From Sminthopsis crassicaudata (taxonomy: Eukaryota): a stretch of DNA of 64,000 nucleotides. Within the stretch, counting starts at the first letter, position 1; the number at the start of each line of letters is the position of its first letter. This document shows, one piece after another, positions 1 to 11,439 of this stretch. Made by a program: the position numbers and the translations under genes. The stretch is from the NCBI RefSeq assembly GCF_048593235.1, contig NC_133619.1, forward strand, positions 638,640,558 to 638,704,557, in the 5' to 3' direction. Under the pieces are notes generated by a model that was given only the letters and a program-made list of their open reading frames with translations, was not told the DNA's origin and ran no database searches.

Positions 1-1
1 G

Positions 2-1159
<1,158 letters not shown>

Positions 1160-1578
1160 GGGGAGCGAGCAGGGAGGACCAGGGCTGGGGGCCACATGCA
1201 GAGGGTCGGCCCCACTCGGCCCTCTCCTCACCCTTCTGCAGAGAGAACTGACCAGCCCAGAGACTAATGGGGGAGCGGGGCCGGGGGTGGGGGGAGCAGA
1301 AGCCATCCCCTGTCCCCCTGAACCCATAGCACAACTCCCCTTCCCCCATGGTCACTGCCCTGGAAGGGGAGGGGAAGGAGGGGGATGGGCCAGTGATCGC
1401 CACCAGCACCCCGTCTGTGACTGTGCCTTTTGGGAAAGCTCAGGCTGCTGAACCCCCAGCCACAAGGCCTTCGGGGCTCCTCGGGAGCTGTGATGCGCCT
1501 CCAGACCAGAAGCCAGATGCGGTTGCGCTCATGGGCCGGGAGGGATGGGACCTGGTGCTCTTGGGTGGTTGGGACTCA

Positions 1579-1584
1579 AATAAA
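1579..1584 (+). terminator. Proximal polyadenylation signal for BCKDHA (second AATAAA at 2021-2026)
   Basis: AATAAA ~420 nt after the stop, followed by a T/G-rich stretch. Confidence 0.6.
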
Positions 1585-2215
1585 GACTTCTTTGCCTTTG
1601 GCTCAGGCCAAGCCTGGCTTTTGATCTGGGGGCTGGGGGCAGTGAAAGGGGGGGGGGGAATGAGGGAAGACCCTCTCTCAGGTGAAGAGCTGCCTCCAAA
1701 CAGGGCCACAGCTCGTGGCCACTCAGGGCCCGGTTCTGGTCTGAGGGGAGTACGCCTAGGCTAATCAACAGCCTGGTAAGGGGCACAGCTGGCACCGGAA
1801 CCCCCACTTCCTCATGTGTGCTCCAAAGTCCTTTCCAGGAGGCACTGGAGGGTGCAGGCCCATAGTTTTCCTAGGGCCAGGTGCTTTCCCCACAGGGTGC
1901 AGTGGGGGATGCTGGTCCTGAGGACAGAGGAGGGTCCGACCCCACGGCCCTGCGCGCCACCCCACCCGGGACAAACAGCAAGGACTCCTGAGCCCAGGTT
2001 CAGGGAGGGAGGGTGGTTTAAATAAATAGAAGCCGCTACAGCTTTATGCCCTCAGGTCCCTGCGGGAGGACCTTTCTCCTGGGATGGAGCCAGTCTGGCT
2101 CCCGAGCCCTCCCCTAGTCTACCCTTAGTCTGGGCTGTCCACAATCAGGCCCCCCCGGCCTCCCTTGCCTCCCACAGAGGCCGGGAAGAGAAGGCAGGGC
2201 CATGCTGCCCAGACC

Positions 2216-3397
2216 TCAGCAACGGGCCTGGAGGTTTTGCATAAGTTTCCAGAGGCGAATGGTGGTTTGGGGGTCTCGGGGCTGAGCCAGCACCAGGCGC
2301 TGGTGGACACAGGGGTCCCCCTGCTTGTCTCTGTCCGGCCAGTTGGTGAGGAAGCCGGGGTGATTCTGGGGGGCCAGGCCCAGCGCCTGGAAGCAGAGGC
2401 CGGAGTAGACGTCGTCGATGGGGAAGGGGAGCACCCTCTCGGCAGCCTTGAGCAGCCAGGGCGCCAGCTGCCCCGCGAACACGTAGCCGCCCCCGCTGGC
2501 ATAGGCCGGGTAGGGGCCGTCGTAGAAGGACTCGGGCACATAGTAGGGCCCCTTGGGGGTCCGCACGGGCACGGCCCGCTCAAAGACGTGGCCCAGGTAG
2601 AGACCCCGGGCAGAGGCGGGGGGCAGCCCCCGGAGCAGCCCCAGCAGGGCTCGGACGTTGACGAAGCTGTCGTCCTCCGCCCGGAGGACGAAGGTCACCT
2701 GGGGGCAGTGGCGGCCCAGCCAGCGCAGGAACAGCACATCCTTGAGGCTGCTGTTGAAGGGCACATCCAGGAAGTCCCAGAGCAGGAGGTCCCGGTAGCG
2801 CCGGCTCTCCCACTCCACTAGGGGCCCCAGGTTGGGGCCCGGCTCCCCCTGGGGGGAGCCCAGGAGGAAGAGCAGGCGGACTCCGCGCTCGGGCCGGCCC
2901 CAGGTCTCCCGGATGGCCTGGCGCTCCCCGAATCTGCCCGCAGCCGACTTCACGGCCAGCAGCAGGTAGGGGGCCTCGGAATCCGGGCAGCCCGGGACCC
3001 CCGCCCCTGACGCCCACCGGGGGTAATCTCGGCAGGCGGCCGAGAGGAGAAAGCGCCGGTAGGCCTCTGGGTAGGAGGAGAAGTCGGGGATCTCGGCGGC
3101 CGCCGCCCTCCCCCAAGCCTGGCAGTCCCCTGCCGCAGAGCCGGCGGGCCCGGGCAGGGCCTGGAAGAGCTGCTGTTGCCTGTTCCAGTAAGCGGAGGCT
3201 CCCGGCTGGCCCAGGCGCTCGGAGAGGTTGGCAGGCAGGGAAGGCTCGAGGGCGCCAGGCTTGGCCGGGACCTCCTTGTCGGGCCCCTCCTGGTGCCTCC
3301 TGGGCCGGAGGGGGTCCGAGCTCCACTCGATGTAAACCTTGAGGGCCAGCAGCGTGAGGACGGCCAAGAGGCACAGCAGGCACTTGGAGCAGCGCAT
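2216..3397 (-). CDS. B3GNT8: UDP-GlcNAc:betaGal beta-1,3-N-acetylglucosaminyltransferase 8, single coding exon, 393 aa
   Basis: ATG at 3397-3395 gives MRCSKCLLCLLAVLTLLALKVYIEW (type II anchor). GT31 motifs present: YLLLAVKS, RQAIRETWG, DLLLWDFLDVPFN, RAEDDSFV, YASGGGYV, FPIDDVYSG. Stop TGA at 2218-2216. Position next to BCKDHA as in human. Confidence 0.97.
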   Translation of the reverse strand: MRCSKCLLCLLAVLTLLALKVYIEWSSDPLRPRRHQEGPDKEVPAKPGALEPSLPANLSERLGQPGASAYWNRQQQLFQALPGPAGSAAGDCQAWGRAAAAEIPDFSSYPEAYRRFLLSAACRDYPRWASGAGVPGCPDSEAPYLLLAVKSAAGRFGERQAIRETWGRPERGVRLLFLLGSPQGEPGPNLGPLVEWESRRYRDLLLWDFLDVPFNSSLKDVLFLRWLGRHCPQVTFVLRAEDDSFVNVRALLGLLRGLPPASARGLYLGHVFERAVPVRTPKGPYYVPESFYDGPYPAYASGGGYVFAGQLAPWLLKAAERVLPFPIDDVYSGLCFQALGLAPQNHPGFLTNWPDRDKQGDPCVHQRLVLAQPRDPQTTIRLWKLMQNLQARC

Positions 3398-3432
3398 GGC
3401 AGGGGCCCCCGGGGCCAGGGGGGGCCCGGGGG

Positions 3433-3632
3433 CTGCAAGGGAAAGCAGGAATAGCAGCCGCGCCTCCAGCCCGGAGGGGAGGGGCTGCCCCCAGCCCCAG
3501 GAGGCCCCCCCCTCACCCCAGCGCCTCCTCTCCCGGGCCCTCCATCCCTCCCTCTCAAGCCCAGGTGCCCTCTTCTTCCCTCCCCTCCATCGGGGATCGG
3601 GGACCCAGGCAGCCCGCTCCCCTGGCACTCAC
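3433..3632 (-). other. Probable 200-nt 5'UTR intron of B3GNT8
   Basis: Minus-strand donor AA|GTGAGT at 3632 and acceptor ttcctgctttcccttgcag| at 3433, 35 nt upstream of the ATG. Confidence 0.6.
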
Positions 3633-4971
3633 TTCTGGGCCGGGGCCTCGGCCGCCAGCCCCGTCAGGTCAGGCTCCTCGGCAGCGGCTCCCGCCCGGAC
3701 TGAGCCAGTCTGGAGGGGAGGGGAGCGAGAGCCCCCAGGGGCCAGGGAGCGGCAGGGGCGGGGCCGGGGAGGAGACGGAGAGATACCGGCCGAGAGAGGG
3801 AGCCCAGGGCGTGTTCGGGCTGGTGCTGGGGCCGGGCCAGAGAGGGGCCGCCGGAGCCCGACCCCGAGAAATGGGGGGGGGCGGGGGGCCGCCAGAGAGA
3901 CCGGCCGGCGGCCGGGCAGGAGAGCCCGAGGGAGGCTGGAGGGGAGGGAGCGGCCTACTCAGCACATCCAGAAAGGGGGATCTGCTCAGAGGGGAGAGAG
4001 GGGAGGTGATGAAGGGGTACGGGGGGATGGGGGCTTTGGGGAACAGTCCAGAAGGGGGGGTCTGAGCAGTGGTGAGTGATAAAGGCAGGTGAAGGGGTAC
4101 AGGGAGATGGGGCTCCTCAGGACGTTCAGAAGGAGGGGTCAGTGGGGAGAGATAATAAAGGCAGATGAAAGGGGGGCCAAGGAAGCTGGGAGCCAGGGGC
4201 GGAGGAGGGCAGCCCCACCCCCACCCCATCCCCCCAGGGGTGGGAGATAGGCCGCAGGATCTGTTCACAAAGCTCTCGATTGAGAAATGGATGGCGGCTC
4301 TGGCTCCCCCACCATCAGGTCCCCCAGCCCCCTCCCCACCAGGTAGCCCCATCAGATACCTGGAGACTCTGCTGGTTGGGGGGGGGTCTCGGGCCCCTCT
4401 CCACAGCCCACCCCTCTCTTTCTCCCTCCTGCGGTGACTAAGGAACTTCCGGCCCCCTGAGGAACCTGGGTGTTTGCATCAGTCTGCCCACTGGGGCCTC
4501 GGGTACCCCAGTTTATCTCTTAACCGTCAACAAACGCTTCCTCACTGCCCACGGGGATCCGGAAGAGGCAGGCATTTCTCTACAGGGGTGCAGGGGTCGG
4601 CCCCCCAATTCCAGCTGCCTCCCGGCCCACCCCACGGGCCTTCATTTGTTCTGTTTTATTTATTTAACAGCCAGCGCCTGCGAGGTGGAGCCCTCCCCCT
4701 CCCGGGGAGAAGGCGGCAGTCTGATGTCCCCTGAGGTCCCCAGCCCCGGCCTCTGCCCTCCGAGAGCTGCTCCCCCGAGTCATTCGCTTCTGGGGTTCAG
4801 CTCCCCGCCCCAGGAACCGCCTGTCCCCGGCCCTGGCTGGGGAAACATGTGGCCAGGCTCCGCTCCGTGAGGCCGGCCGCCCACCTTCCTCTGCCTCATC
4901 CTGGGCCTCCCCTGAGAGCTCCCACCCCTCCCTCAGGGAGCCTCCCGACTCCAGACTGGTTTCCAACAATG

Positions 4972-4977
4972 TTTATT
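4972..4977 (-). terminator. Candidate polyadenylation signal for DMAC2 (another at 4655-4660)
   Basis: TTTATT on + strand = AATAAA on - strand, ~540 nt past the DMAC2 stop. Confidence 0.55.
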
Positions 4978-5450
4978 ATCCTGGCGTGAAGGAAGGGGGG
5001 CCCAGCCCCCTCCCTCCCTCAGACTAATGAAGCCCTTTGGGAGGGGACGGGAATTAATGGACTCGGCTCAGACACCACATCCCAGCAGAGGCTGAGAGGA
5101 AGGGGGGCTGCGGGCCGCGCTCATCCCGTGTTCCTTCCGTCCGTCACTCCCGCTGCCAGCCCCCCCCCGGGGGGAATTCTGGGCACAACCGCATGACCTG
5201 GGCTGGGGGGGACCCCACTCACTTATTCAGGGGTGCAGCAGACCTGGAGGAAAGCAGGCCAAAGCTTACTTCTGGGGCACCAATAGGTGGGGGGTGAGGG
5301 GGACAAGGAAAGGGGATCTGGGAGACATCCCTGATGGTGCCCCTCTATCCCAGGGGGTTTCTGTCCCACCCATGCCCCAGTAGTACAAGGGAGATGGGGA
5401 TCCTGGGGCTCGCAGAGCATCTAAGGAGGCACCGGAACAGTGGGGGCTCC

Positions 5451-5581
5451 AGGGATGCCCGCTGCTGTGCCCGCTGCTGCACCTGCTGCCATGTCCACTG
5501 CTGTGCCCGCTGTCACGCCCGCTCCACGCCCACTCTTGTGCTTGCTACTTTACCCGCTATGGTGCCCGCTGTTGTGCCCGC
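5451..5581 (-). repeat. 12-bp tandem repeat (GCGGGCACAGCA-like, ~11 units) straddling the DMAC2 stop codon
   Basis: Units read directly on - strand: GCGGGCACAACA, GCGGGCACCATA, GCGGGTAAAGTA, GCAAGCACAAGA, GTGGGCGTGGA (11 nt), GCGGGCGTGACA, GCGGGCACAGCA, ... Confidence 0.85.
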
Positions 5582-8500
5582 TGCCGCCTCCTCTTCTGCT
5601 TCCCTCTCGCCCTCAGAGAGCGGCTCCAGCCCCTCGGCATAGTCCGCCCCAACCACCTCACAATCGGGCAGCATCTCCTCCACCAGGATCTGGGTCAAGC
5701 CCTTATTGGACACGGCGGGGAGGTTGGAGATGTCCAGTCGCCGGAGGTTCCTAGAGGAAGCGTGGGGAGGGCAGACATTGCCGTGCTTTGGCCCTGGAGG
5801 CCGGGGCCCCGGGGGGAAGCCGGAGGAACGGGCCTGAGTGGGAGCTCTTACCCGAGGTGGTGGAGGCAGGCCAGGCCTCGCTCGGTGACCCTGGGACAGC
5901 CAGCCAGCGAGAGCTCCTGCAGGCAGCTGCCCAGGGGATACAGGTGGCTCAGACACCAGTCATCCACATAGGGGCAGCCACACAGCCTCAGAGACCGCAG
6001 TCCAGACAGCAGCACTGGCCAGAGAGGAGGGGGCGTGAGGCCGGCCTCCGGCCCAAGCCGGCCTCCACCCCAGCCGACCTCCCGCCCCACCCTGGCCAGC
6101 CCCCTCACCCAGGTTCTCCAGCCCATAGTAGTTGATGATGCAGCCGCTGGCGTCCACCTCCTCCAGGGACAGCTTCTCTAAGGGAGGACAGTTCCGAAAG
6201 AATCTTTTCATGTTTTGGGGCAGGATCCACTCCTGGTCCTGGAACCTGAGGGGTCACAGCAGGCAAGTGTCCCCCTCACCGATCCCACTCCCAGCCCCAT
6301 CACCACGACCCAAGGGGCTCCTCGATCCTAAGTCAGTGAAGCCGCCCCCAGATCCCACGTCCTGAACCCTACATTAAGTGAGATGTTCTCTGGGAAGCGC
6401 TGGCCACACAGTGGGTGCCATGTAAATGCTCAGACCCCCCCCATCAAACTCAAGTCTCCCTGAACCTCTCCTTGAGTCCCCAAACCCAAATCGCCCCAGT
6501 TTCCAGAGGACGCCCAGATCCTTACCTGACAGCTCCTCCTTGGCCCAGGACAAAGTTAGCCACCACCACGTCCGCGCTGTAGTATTTCAAGGCGGAGCTG
6601 AACACTCTGGCGGAGAACGGGGTGTGCTTCAGAGTGGGGAGGGGGAAGGAGGGAGGGCAGCTAGCTCTACCACAGGCTCTAACACGTGGCCCAACGAGGC
6701 ACGGAGATCGCTGAATGGGGGCTCCTCTGCCATCCTCTAGTCCCGAGGTGGGGGGAAAGGCGGACCCCGGGGGGAACGCCCGGGATGGGGCCCTGTTGGA
6801 GGCAGGACAGATCCCAATCGGGGAGGGGGTTCAGCCGTCTCCGGCTGATGGCCTGTGGCTTGGGTTCCCCGACGTGATCGGGCTGGGCTCCCTGCCCTCA
6901 CTGAAGAGGCGCTGGACTGGGGCTCCTAACGGCTTTTCTAGCTCCGACCCCCAGAATCAAGCGACTCACTGGCCCTCAAAAACCTGCACCGAGCGCTCAC
7001 TTGTTTTTCCTATACAGGTTCCAGCTCCAGAAATGGGCAATCCAGTCGCGTAACTGTTCCACGTCGTAGAATCGAGAAGCCATGGAGGCCATCAGCCCCC
7101 GCTGGCGGGCACGGCCGGGACTCTGATTCAGGTCGTAGATGGGGTTGGGGCGGTAACCAAAGTTACTCCGGCTGCTCAGGCTCCTGAGGGTCCCTCCTCC
7201 CGACCGTGTGGGACAGCCGGCTCTGAGAAGCTAGAAAGAAGGAAACAACAAAGGAAGAGGGGAACGCTGGCTTTCCGGAGGGTCTCCGCACCGGCCTTGC
7301 TCTCGGCCGCACAGTCACCACGAGAAGAGTCAGGGATAAAGGCCCAAGTCTCTACTGTCTCCTTCAGTCTCCCAGCCTGCACATCCAAATGTGTGTCCTG
7401 CTTCCTAGAGCCCCCACACGGGGCGGATTAAAACACAGCGTCCAGACTGGCGCTCTGGGGGGTCCCGGGACCGCCCCAGTCCGTGGGCTTCCTGGAGAAG
7501 TGATGAAGGCAGCAGAGCCAGGAGGCTGCTCTTCTCCCATGGCCGAGTCTGCCCCCAGCTTAGAAACTGTCACAACGAAACGGACTCATCGCGCTGTGAG
7601 CCAGTCATCCTATCACCAGGAACCACTGTCTCGTCAATTCCGCTGAGTTCATATCTTGTGGAAGAGTACATCAATCACACTGAACTAGAGGACTGTTAAG
7701 CACTAATCAGTGTCCCATCAATTCCGCTGAGTTAGCACCTTGTAAGAACCCTTGCTTCAGATATATTTCCCCAGAGTTCTGGCCCATTACAGAAGGGAGA
7801 GAGGGAAGGAGAAAGGAGAGAGGGAAGGAAGGAAAGGAGAGGAGGGAGGGGAAAGAGGGAGGAAAGGAGAGGAAGGGAAAAGCGTTTAGGAGAAGGAGGG
7901 AGAGAAAAAAGGGGGGGAGGGAAAGGGGGAGAGGAGGAGAGAGGGAAGGAGGGAGGTGACCCCCGGGCAGGGGAACCCCCACCTCACTAAGGAACGCCAG
8001 ATTTCCTGCTTTTTCCAGAATCATTAAAATTCCCCAATTCTTTTCAATTCCCAGATTTTTAAGTTTCAAAACTATTCCCAGACCCCATATTTAGGACACC
8101 CCAATTTCCCCCACCCAATCCTGCTAGCTCCCCTCTCCTGGGCAGCCCCTCCCCTTTCTCAATCAAGCTCCGCCCCCGGGCGTGTCCCGGTCTGCAGTCG
8201 AGGGGCATCTCCAGTTCCCGCCTACAACAGTCGTCTCCACGCAGGCTCCGCCCCTCGGCTTGCCCACCCTGGTTGCTCCTCCCCCGAAGGTTCTGTCTCA
8301 GCCTTTGCCCTCCCCTACCTTTCTCTAAGTCCCACCTCTAAGGCGGAGAAACCATCCCACGTGCTCTGGGGGGGGCGTTATCTCTCCGCCTTCCCCGCGG
8401 CCTTGTCAATTCGCCCGCCCCAACATCTCCACACTCCACTCTCCATTGGCTCCTCGGTCCTTCCTCCTTATCCTCCCATTGGTCCTCAGCCGGGCTCTTG

Positions 8501-8767
8501 CCCGTTCTTATTGGCTATCCCATGCGGAACCTCTGGCGAGAGGCCTGCTACGAAGCCCGATTTTCCCGAGTCCCCCAGTGGGCCTGGAGCGCGAGCCCCG
8601 GACACGTTTCCGCCCCTCTCCCCCCAGGACCCCCATTAGCTTTCTGAGATCCCGTGCTCCGCCCTGAGGATCGAAGAGGAGATCTCAGGAAGTCTGGTCC
8701 CAGAACTCGTCTCCCTTCTGCAGGAACCCTGGGTCAGCTGGGAACCTACCGCCCTGGGCGCCGCCAT
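5513..8767 (-). CDS. DMAC2: Distal membrane arm assembly component 2 (ATP5SL), 288 aa: complement(join(5513..5750,5852..6014,6109..6245,6526..6606,7001..7230,8750..8767))
   Basis: All six exons have GT-AG boundaries and continuous frame (18+230+81+137+163+238=867 nt). Translation includes [102 protein letters not shown], matching human ATP5SL and its LRR-like segments. Position next to B3GNT8 as in human. Confidence 0.95.
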
Positions 8768-9230
8768 CTTGGCTCTTTCCTCTCGTCAGAGTCTGCCGGC
8801 CTCGCCCTCGCAACTGTTCAACCATTGGCTCTTCTTTCTTGAGATCCCGCCTTCCGATGACATTTATTGGGTCCTCCCTCCCCAAATTCAGCCCTTACAA
8901 TCTCACCCAGGTTCCCGCCTCTGGGTTATAGACAAGCCACACCCCCCACTTTAGGCCATTCATTGGTTCCTTCCCTTCTTAGACCCCGCCTATTCTTAAA
9001 ATAGCCAGAGTCCCTCTCTCCGCATCTTTCCGAGGTCCTGGGCTCTCCTGCCGCCGGCCCCCGGCTAGTCCTTCCTGAAGTCTGCCCTCCATCCCTCCTG
9101 CTGCTGGGGGCTGCGGCAGCCAGGGCCCAGCGGGTGCCCCGGCAGCAGGAGGGATTGTGGGAAGGCGGCAGGAACCCGAGCCGGGCGGACTTTGGCCCCG
9201 GTGTCTGCGTGGCCCCGACAGCTCACGATG
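8100..9230. promoter_or_regulatory. CpG-rich bidirectional promoter region between head-to-head DMAC2 and ERICH4
   Basis: Start codons 460 bp apart and divergent. Multiple GC boxes (CCGCCC), six ATTGG (reverse CCAAT) at 8445, 8478, 8510, 8824, 8866, 8962, and a YY1-type CCGCCATCTT at 8761-8770 over the DMAC2 ATG. Confidence 0.7.
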
Positions 9231-10821
9231 GAGGCCTGGGGGCGGCTGGCCAGGGCCGGGCTGGTCCCGCGGGAGCTGGGACCCCCTCCCCGCGCCCTGC
9301 GAGACCCCAGCGGGCCCTGGAGCCGTGAAGGGGCCGTAGCCGGGGCGCAGGACCTTGTGGGCTGCGTGTGGGAGCAGCTGGTGAGACAGAGACAGAGAGA
9401 TGGGGAGAGACAGGGAGGGAGAGACAGAGAGATGGGGAGAGACAGAGACAGAGATGGGGAGAGACAGGGAGGGAGAGACGAGAGATGGGGAGAGACAGAG
9501 ACAGAGATGGGGAGAGATGGGGAGGGACAGANNNNNNNNNNNNNNNNNNNNNNNNNNNNNNNNNNNNNNNNNNNNNNNNNNNNNNNNNNNNNNNNNNNNN
9601 NNNNNNNNNNNNNNNNNNNNNNNNNNNNNNNNNNNNNNNNNNNNNNNNNNNNNNNNNNNNNNNNNNNNNNNNNNNNNNNNNNNNNNNNNNNNNNNNNNNN
9701 NNNNNNNNNNNNNNNNNNNNNNNNNNNNNNNNNGAGACGGAGAGAGATGGGGAGAGACAGAGAGAGATGGGGAGAGGCAGAGACAGAGAGCATGGGGAGA
9801 GACAGGGAGGGAGAGACAGAGAGATGGGGAGAGACGGAGAGAGATGGGGAGAGGCAGAGACAGAGAGCATGGGGAGAGACAGGGAGGGAGAGACAGCGAG
9901 ATGGGGAGACACAGGGAGGGAGAGACAGACAGAGAGACTTAGGGAGAGACAGGGAAGGAGAGACAGATGGGGAGAGACAGGGAAGGAGAGACAGATGGGG
10001 AGAGACAGAGAGAGATGGGGAGAGGCAGAGACAGAGAGCATGGGGAGAGACAGGGAGGGAGAGAGAGACAGAGATGGGGAGAGACGGAGAGAGATGGGGA
10101 GAGACAGGGAGGGAGAGACAGACAGAGAGACTTAGGGAGAGACGGAGAGATGGGGAGAGACAGGGAGGGAGAGACAGAGAGAGATGGGGAGAGACAGAAA
10201 TGGGGGGGGCAGAGACCGATGGAGAAAGGGGCAGCGGGCGGAAGCTAAGGCGGGAGAGAGCGTCCGAGGGACGACCGCGGGGAGCTGAGCCCAGCCACTG
10301 ACCACGGGCCGCAGGGACCGGGCTCTGGGGCCCTCGAAGCAGCCACAGCTGGAGGGAGGTGGCGGAACGGAGTGGAGATGGACTCGAACCACTGCCCCGC
10401 CCCCCATCCTTCTGTCCTACATTGTCTTTGGGGAGGAAGAAGAGAGTAGAGCAGCCGGTGGGGTGGGAAACCCCCAGAGATAGGGGAGAGGGAGGCAGAG
10501 GCCGAGCTGGGGGACCCGGGGCCAGCAGGGGGCGGAGGCTGGGGCGGCGGGGGTGGGGCCCTTACCTGCCGGGCTTGCGGGATGGCCCCCCCCCCCACTC
10601 CCGGGAATTGTGGCCGCCCCTCACCAGCGTTCTCCCCACAGCGGAGCCTGCGGAGGATGGACGTGCAGCTGTTCAATCGGCTGTGCGCCCTGGGCCTGGA
10701 GATCCGGGCCCTGCAGGAGGAGGCCGAGGCGGACGGGGACGAGGAGGGGGACGAGGAGGAAGACGGGCCGCGCGCCTCCCCGCCCGGCCGGCTCGTCCCA
10801 GACTTTGAAATCACCATCTGA
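9228..10821 (+). CDS. ERICH4: Glutamate-rich protein 4 (C19orf69), 110 aa: join(9228..9380,10642..10821)
   Basis: Exon 1 MEAWGRLARAGLVPRELGPPPRALR...VWEQL|gtgaga; exon 2 cag|RSLRRMDVQLFNRLCALGLEIRALQEE...acidic tract...PDFEITI*. Resembles human ERICH4 (MELWRQLNQAGLVPPGLGPPPQALR...LRRVDVQLLGQLCSLGLEMGALREE...PDFEMMI, from memory). Adjacent to DMAC2 as in human. Confidence 0.9.
9382..10200 (+). repeat. GA-rich minisatellite (GAGACAGAGAGATGGGGA / GAGACAGGGAGGGA units) filling the 5' part of the ERICH4 intron
   Basis: Directly visible repeated units; contains the assembly gap at 9532-9733. Confidence 0.9.
9532..9733. other. Assembly gap (N run)
   Basis: Run of N. Confidence 1.
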
Positions 10822-11010
10822 GAGCCGGCGCGCTCGGTCCCGCCCCGCAGATCCCGGCCGCGGCGGCACCGTCGGCCTGGGGAGGCTGTGGGACTTTGGC
10901 CCCGCGGGGACAGGGGCGCTGGCGCTTTTGCGGCTACGATCAATAATAACGACAGACGGAAGTGGAGATTTGGGAGGAAAAGAGATTTGTGGTTCAGATG
11001 TCTGCGGGAC

Positions 11011-11035
11011 TTTATTTTATGCAGATATCAATAAA
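11011..11035. terminator. Back-to-back polyadenylation signals: PRSS16 (AATAAA on -, 11016-11011) and ERICH4 (AATAAA on +, 11030-11035)
   Basis: Sequence tttattttatgcagatatcaataaa; these are the first canonical hexamers I see downstream of each stop. Confidence 0.65.
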
Positions 11036-11439
11036 TGAGTCCAGGTTTTTAAAGATTCAGCTCGGAGGAATGGAGCTCAAGGAGGCTCTATCTGTGATTC
11101 AGTCCGAACCCCGCTCAGGTGACAGGCGGGATCCCGCGGACGGTTGGGAGCGGGAGGGGATGGGGCGCTCTGCCCACTGAGCTATCCTGCTCTCGGCCTA
11201 GAAACCCTCCGGGCATCGGATCAATGTTTGCTGGAGCTCCAGGAGAAGCGTGGAGGCGGCCGCTGGCTGGGCAGATTCGTGGCTGAGATGGGGACGTGGC
11301 CGCTTTTGTAAATGCGTGTTTGCAGGGGAGTCCCTGGGGGTGAGAGATGAGGGGGAAGGGAGCCGCCCGAGACCTCCTGGGGTCCCCGGCTGGGGAGAAG
11401 CTGGAGCCTCCTCTGTGGCGGGCGGGCCTTCTGCCAGGC

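Noticed and set aside
2165-3383. Long alternative-frame and antisense ORFs (218, 267, 152 aa) over B3GNT8
   Set aside because: Expected shadows of a GC-rich coding exon; no recognisable domains
3398-3628. N-terminal 77-aa extension of the 470-aa ORF over B3GNT8
   Set aside because: Begins at a non-ATG codon and spans a probable GT-AG 5'UTR intron; homology starts at MRCSKC
9065-10301. Long ORFs of 180-369 aa (ERQRDGE / SLSLP repeats)
   Set aside because: Translations of the GA minisatellite running through an N gap
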